A stretch of DNA of 64,000 nt from an uncultured Bacillota bacterium (GTDB lineage: Bacteria; Bacillota_I; Bacilli_A; RFN20; CAG-288): contig CASDVP010000006.1 in assembly GCA_949284445.1 (NCBI GenBank), positions 48,651 to 112,650 of the forward strand, read 5' to 3'. Below, one piece after another: positions 59,420 through 64,000 of the stretch; within the stretch, counting starts at the first letter, position 1, and the number at the start of each line of letters is the position of its first letter. The notes under the pieces were generated by a model. It worked only from the letters and a program-made list of their open reading frames with translations, was not told the DNA's origin and searched no databases. A program made the translations under genes and the position numbers.

Positions 59420-60022
59420 TTATTTACCTTCATGAATCTGCAAGCATTTAGCGACGATTTCCTCATGGCTACCTTTAGTCATCCAGGAGCCACCGACAGC
59501 GATGATCTTATCGAATGCTAAGTATTCTTGATAAGTCTCTTCGTTGATACCACCAGTCGGCAAGAATTTGATATCGGGGAAGACGGCTGCTAGGCTCTTG
59601 ATAGCTTTTAAGCCACCATAGATGCTAGCAGGGAAGAATTTGACGATCTTATGTCCTAAGCTGATAGCATGTATGATCTCAGTCGGAGTCGCAATACCAG
59701 GAAGATAAGGAATGTTATGAGCTTTACAAACCAAATCGACATCATCAGCAAAGCCAGGTGAAACGATGAATTTAGCACCGGCTTTGATGGCATCTTCACA
59801 TTGTTTAGCGTTGATGACAGTGCCAGCACCGATGAGAGCATCCGGATATAATTCGATAGATTTTTTGATAGCTTCAGCAGCACAAGCAGTGCGGAAAGTG
59901 ATTTCAGCAATAGGTAATTTTCCTTCGACTAAACCACCGATTTTATCTTCGACTTCATCGACAGAGTTTAAGACGACGACAGGAACGACTTTTAATTCGT
60001 GAATTTTTTCAATGATATCCAT
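59420..60022 (-). CDS. eda: KDPG/KHG aldolase
   Basis: AEITFRT, GAGTV, FIVSPG, PGIATPTEI, KFFPA, PTGGI. Confidence 0.95.
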   Translation of the reverse strand: MDIIEKIHELKVVPVVVLNSVDEVEDKIGGLVEGKLPIAEITFRTACAAEAIKKSIELYPDALIGAGTVINAKQCEDAIKAGAKFIVSPGFADDVDLVCKAHNIPYLPGIATPTEIIHAISLGHKIVKFFPASIYGGLKAIKSLAAVFPDIKFLPTGGINEETYQEYLAFDKIIAVGGSWMTKGSHEEIVAKCLQIHEGK

Positions 60023-60040
60023 AAGTTATAACCTTCTATA

Positions 60041-61462
60041 TTAATCTTTAGTGAAGAATTCGACAGCGTTATCGAAGCTGATGTCCTTGACCATCTTTTC
60101 TAAGAACTTTTCATTCAAAGGATATTCACCGTCTTCGACAGTTTTGCCGATCAAGTTGCATAATAGACGTCTGAAGTAATCGTGTCTAGCATAGCTTAAG
60201 AAACTTCTTGAATCAGTTAACATACCGACGAAATGCGGTAATAAACTGTAGTCAGCTAAAGTTCTCATCTGTTTTTCCATGCCATCGCGATGATCGTTGA
60301 ACCACCAAGCAGCACCGAATTGAATCTTGCCTTTATATGGGGCTTTTTGGAATGAACCGCACATCGCTAACAAAGGTTCATAGTCTGCTAAATCCAGAGT
60401 GTAGATGATGGTCTTATATAAAGCATCTTCTTTTTCTAAATCATCTAAGCAATGTGTCAAATCATGGATGAGATTTGTATCGGAGATAGCATCATAACCA
60501 GAATCAGCACCTAAAGTCTCATAAGCTTTAGAATTGAGATTTCTTAAGGCTTTGAGATGATATTGCATGACAAAATGGTATTTAGAGCAGGCTTTTCCGA
60601 AGAAATGTAAGATCTCAGCATAATATTTTGCTAAATCGCTCTGAGTCAATTCTTCATGGTTCAAAGCTTTTTTGAAGATGACATCGACTTCATCGATGCT
60701 CGCTCTTTGATAGAGGAAGTCTTCGAATGAAACATCGAATGCACGGCAACCATTTTCAGCAAAATATGCTAATCTCTCATCTAAGGCTTCTTCTAAAGCT
60801 CTGATATCTTTGATCTCTTTATGAGTGACTTCTCCTAAAGCTTTGATGACGTCGGCATAGTTAGGAGCATAGATTTTAATGAAGTTATCAGCTCTGAAAG
60901 CAGGATTGACGACCACTTTGAAACTTTTATCTTGCTTTAATAACTGATGATAGTGTAGGTCAGAGAGAGGATCATCAGTCGTATACAAAGTGTGGACATT
61001 AGCTTTAGTCAGAAGCTTTCTGACTGAAAGTGATTTTAATTTCTCGTTTAAGAGGTCGTAAATCCTTTCAGCGTTTTCACTGGTCAATGGTTCATCGATA
61101 TCGAAGTATTGCTTCAATTCCAAATGAGACCAATGATAGAGAGGGTTTAAGAAAGCGTTTTGTAAGGTATCAGCCCATTTCAAGAACTTTTCTTTTTTAT
61201 CTTTATCTCCAGTGATATAAGCTTCATCGACACCGTGAGCGCGCATCAAACGCCATTTGTAATGGTCGCCGAAAGCTTTGCCGTTCTTTTTTTCGACTAA
61301 CCATAAATCAGTGATGGAATCATAAGTTCTATCAGCGTAGATCTCCTCGATTGGAAGGTGGCAGTGGAAGTCGAATATCGGGAGATGTTCAGCTACTCCG
61401 TGATAGAGTTTTTTAGCGACTTCATTTTGAAGCATGAAGTCTTGATCATTAAAGTTTTTCAT
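60041..61462 (-). CDS. uxaC: glucuronate isomerase
   Basis: DFHCHL, DHYKWRLMRAHG, NPLYHWSHLEL, GAAWWFND, GMLTDSRSFLSY.RHDYFRR. Confidence 0.97.
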   Translation of the reverse strand: MKNFNDQDFMLQNEVAKKLYHGVAEHLPIFDFHCHLPIEEIYADRTYDSITDLWLVEKKNGKAFGDHYKWRLMRAHGVDEAYITGDKDKKEKFLKWADTLQNAFLNPLYHWSHLELKQYFDIDEPLTSENAERIYDLLNEKLKSLSVRKLLTKANVHTLYTTDDPLSDLHYHQLLKQDKSFKVVVNPAFRADNFIKIYAPNYADVIKALGEVTHKEIKDIRALEEALDERLAYFAENGCRAFDVSFEDFLYQRASIDEVDVIFKKALNHEELTQSDLAKYYAEILHFFGKACSKYHFVMQYHLKALRNLNSKAYETLGADSGYDAISDTNLIHDLTHCLDDLEKEDALYKTIIYTLDLADYEPLLAMCGSFQKAPYKGKIQFGAAWWFNDHRDGMEKQMRTLADYSLLPHFVGMLTDSRSFLSYARHDYFRRLLCNLIGKTVEDGEYPLNEKFLEKMVKDISFDNAVEFFTKD

Positions 61463-61473
61463 TTTAGTTTTGA

Positions 61474-62334
61474 TTAGACTCCAGCATAGCTAGAGAAACC
61501 GCCATCGATAGGTAAGACGACACCGGTGATGAAGGAACTTGCCTTGTCAGAAATCAAGAAGAGAGTAGCACCGATGAGTTCATCCGGTTCACCGAATCTG
61601 CCCATCGGAGTAGCGTTGATGATCTTACCAGTACGAGCGGTAGGAGTTCCATCGGGATTGAATAATAAGCTCTTGTTTTGAGCGGTTGCTAAGAAACCAG
61701 GAGCGATAGCGTTGACACGGATGTTAACTTTAGAGAAGTGAACAGCTAACCATTTGGTGAAGTTGCTGACAGCAGCTTTAGCACCTGAATAAGCAGGAAT
61801 CTTGGTCAAAGGAGTGAAAGCATTCATAGAAGAGATGTTTAAGATAGAGCAACCTTTTCTACCTAACATATCTTTAGCGAAGACTTGGCTAGGCAAAAGA
61901 GTACCTAAGAAGTTAAGATTGAAAACGAAAGAGACACCGCTAGGATCGAGATTGAAGAAAGTCTTTAATTCCGGATCATCGATATCACCGACTTCATAAT
62001 ATTCTTTATCAGTGTTGGCACGAGCGTTATTACCACCAGCACCATTGATGAGAATATCGACTTTGCCTAAATCATGATTGATATCCTCGTGGGCTTTCTT
62101 TAAGCTTTCTAAGTCTAAAACATTAGCAGCATAGCCATAAGCGACTCCGCCATCAGCACGGATCTCTTCGACGACTTTCATCGCGGATTCAAGCTTCAAA
62201 TCAAGAACAGCGACTTTAGCACCAGCAGCAGCGATAGCTTTGCTTAAAGCACCGCAGATAACACCGCCAGCACCTGTGATAGCAACGACTTTATCAGTGA
62301 GTCTAACACCGATAGGTAAATCTTCATACTTCAT
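61474..62334 (-). CDS. uxuB: SDR-type D-mannonate oxidoreductase (fructuronate reductase)
   Basis: TGAGGVIC, NGAGGN, PLTKIPAYSGAKAAVSNFT.WLAVH; located between uxuA and uxaC, like the B. subtilis SDR-type UxuB. Confidence 0.82.
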   Translation of the reverse strand: MKYEDLPIGVRLTDKVVAITGAGGVICGALSKAIAAAGAKVAVLDLKLESAMKVVEEIRADGGVAYGYAANVLDLESLKKAHEDINHDLGKVDILINGAGGNNARANTDKEYYEVGDIDDPELKTFFNLDPSGVSFVFNLNFLGTLLPSQVFAKDMLGRKGCSILNISSMNAFTPLTKIPAYSGAKAAVSNFTKWLAVHFSKVNIRVNAIAPGFLATAQNKSLLFNPDGTPTARTGKIINATPMGRFGEPDELIGATLFLISDKASSFITGVVLPIDGGFSSYAGV

Positions 62335-63386
62335 TATTTATTTTCTCCTTTTTTATATTCAGCCATTTCGAATAATCCATTTATATAACATGCACCTAAG
62401 GCGCGATCATATAATCCATAACCTGGTTTAGCATCTTCACCGAAGATGTTTCTGCCGTGATCGGGTCTGACATAACCATCGAAGCCGTTTTCAACTAATG
62501 CTTCAACGATCTTAGCGATATTTAAGGACCCCATCTTGCTCAAGTGACCAGCTTCGACGAAGGAATCGTGGTCGCCTAAGTATTTGACGTTTCTCAAGTG
62601 TGCGAAGTGAATGCGACCTTCTTTAGCATATTTAGCAGCCATGTGGACTAGATCATTCTTTCTAGAGGCACCGAAGGAACCTGTGCAAAGAGTCAAACCA
62701 TTGCGTTTGCTAGGAACAGCTTTGAAGAGTCTATCCAAGTCTTCTTCGTTAGAGATGATACGCGGCAATGAGAAGACATCCCACGGCGGATCATCAGGAT
62801 GGATAGCCATATTGACATCGCATCTTTCACATACAGGAATAATTCTTTCTAAGAAATAGACGAGATTTTCAAATAATTGTTGATGTGATACGTTTTTATA
62901 TTCAGCTAATAAAGCCTGCAATTCATCTTCGGTATAACTTTCATCCCATCCAGGTAAATGCAAATGTTTAGGATCGACCTTTAAAAAGTCTTCATAGATA
63001 TAAGCTAATGAATTAGAACCATCGGGATTGACATAGTGCATAGTTGTTCTCAGCCAATCGAACACTGGCATGAAGTTATAACATACGCATTTGACGCCGT
63101 ATTTAGCCACCAATTCAATATTCTTAGCATAATTAGCTATCAATTCATCACGGTTAGATTTACCCAATTTGATGTCTTCGGAAACAGGAATGGATTCGAT
63201 GACTTCCATTTCTAATCCTTTAGCGGCGCATAATTCTTTTTGTCTCTTCAATGATTCTTCCTTCCATACTTGACCGGGTTTAGCATCATAAAGAGCGGTG
63301 ACAACACCTGTGATTCCTGGAATTTCACGGATGTAGTCTAATGGTATGCTGTCAGTTTCACCATACCAACGAAACGTTAGTTTCAT
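62334..63386 (-). CDS. uxuA: mannonate dehydratase
   Basis: MKLTFRWYG, CYNFMP, LPGW, HPDDPPW, HFAHLRN, RPDHG, GYGLYDRALG. Confidence 0.97.
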   Translation of the reverse strand: MKLTFRWYGETDSIPLDYIREIPGITGVVTALYDAKPGQVWKEESLKRQKELCAAKGLEMEVIESIPVSEDIKLGKSNRDELIANYAKNIELVAKYGVKCVCYNFMPVFDWLRTTMHYVNPDGSNSLAYIYEDFLKVDPKHLHLPGWDESYTEDELQALLAEYKNVSHQQLFENLVYFLERIIPVCERCDVNMAIHPDDPPWDVFSLPRIISNEEDLDRLFKAVPSKRNGLTLCTGSFGASRKNDLVHMAAKYAKEGRIHFAHLRNVKYLGDHDSFVEAGHLSKMGSLNIAKIVEALVENGFDGYVRPDHGRNIFGEDAKPGYGLYDRALGACYINGLFEMAEYKKGENK

Positions 63387-63422
63387 ACAGGTCTCCTTTC
63401 ATGAAATTTAAGAGATATTAGC

Positions 63423-63482
63423 TATCATTATAAATGATACGCTTTCTAATTAAATTGCAATTTTTTCTTGTTTTGGTTGCAA
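63423..63482 (-). promoter_or_regulatory. uxuA promoter: two TTGCAA boxes, weak -35, cre/LacI-like site, palindrome over the -10
   Basis: TTGCAA at 63477-82 and 63455-60 (22 bp period). AGAAAGCGTATCA in the spacer; -10 TATAAT (63432-27) lies inside TATCATT-ATA-AATGATA (63423-39). Confidence 0.65.
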
Positions 63483-63526
63483 TTTAACTAGACCATCTTT
63501 ATACTATCTTTGTTATTATACTATAT

Positions 63527-64000
63527 ATGTTTAATTTTAATTACAAAAGTATTGATTTTGCTCACAAACTAGATAACACCACCACACCTAGCGAAAACTT
63601 TAAACGTCACATGCATTATTTTAATGAAGTTATCTTTTTTGTTTCTGGTGATGTCGATTATCATGTTGAATCAGAGAGCCGCAAACTATCACCTGGTGAT
63701 GTCATCATCGTCCCTAGCGGAAAGTTTCATTTCGCTGTCTGTAATCTGAACCAGACTTATGAAAGATACGTTTTAAAATTTCCGGATAAAATCTTACCTG
63801 ACTTTTTGGTGGAATTCATCAAAAACAGCCCTTGTTTTTATTCCGATATGATGAAATATCATTTGGATTTTTCAACTTTAGATGATTTCTTTAATCAATT
63901 TAAAACCGAAGAAGAAATATATGCTTTATTCACCAGTGAACTGATCAAGTTTTTGATTTATCTATCTAAAGAATGTCAAGAATCTTTCACGACTACTAGA
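63527..64000 (+). CDS. AraC-family transcriptional regulator, N-terminal cupin domain (partial; not in the ORF track)
   Basis: Open frame of 158 codons to the window end: HMHYFNEVIFFVSGDVDYHVE...LSPGDVIIVPSGKFH...YERYVL. Divergent from uxuA. The HTH is outside the window. Confidence 0.85.
   Translation, partial: MFNFNYKSIDFAHKLDNTTTPSENFKRHMHYFNEVIFFVSGDVDYHVESESRKLSPGDVIIVPSGKFHFAVCNLNQTYERYVLKFPDKILPDFLVEFIKNSPCFYSDMMKYHLDFSTLDDFFNQFKTEEEIYALFTSELIKFLIYLSKECQESFTTTR

Noticed and set aside
4058-62859. Numerous 60-130 aa antisense or overlapping ORFs in the track (e.g. 8316, 10753, 18436, 18985, 36052, 40394, 52186, 57253, 62611)
   Set aside because: All lie inside well-supported genes; they are shadow ORFs expected from the codon bias, without SDs or motifs.
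1-64000. CRISPR arrays, tRNA/rRNA genes, IS elements, prophage or integrase
   Set aside because: No regularly spaced DNA repeats, T-loop/CCA patterns, transposase or recombinase ORFs were seen; the only repeats are protein-level.

Overview
A 64 kb chromosomal segment of a low-GC Gram-positive-type bacterium. It uses standard code 11 (TGA stop, TGG Trp), and the gene content suggests a gut or anaerobic Bacillota of the Bacilli/Erysipelotrichales-RFN20-RF39 type; the taxonomy is inference only. The left 33 kb is mostly housekeeping: a twice-disrupted MacB-like ABC gene, galE, asnS, tsaE-tsaB-rimI-tsaD, yhaM, recX, glycolipid GT4 plus LPG-synthase-TM protein, gltX, YitT, SDR/EFR1, ftsK, two M16-like proteins, acpS, pulA, plsC and an acyl-CoA ligase. 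It also carries a lipoprotein with a G8 tract in its promoter spacer and a stand-alone 95-aa NrdD-type glycyl-radical protein. Next come a Wadjet/Mks jetABC operon with no jetD, a 4-TM + GH3 module, glgCDA and rpmB. The right-hand 16 kb is the most interesting part: a GPH/MFS permease, an operon of CBM-like protein, 4-TM protein, membrane-anchored GH3 and large lipoprotein, the complete glucuronate pathway (uxuA-uxuB-uxaC-eda-kdgK) and a divergent AraC regulator. Three of its promoters share one architecture: two TTGCAAT-like boxes 21-22 bp apart against a weak -35. Both GH3s carry Asn at the normally conserved -1-subsite Asp. Together this suggests a GH3-based, surface-anchored glucuronide/uronate-glycan utilisation system. 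No rRNA, tRNA, CRISPR array, integrase or transposase was recognised.
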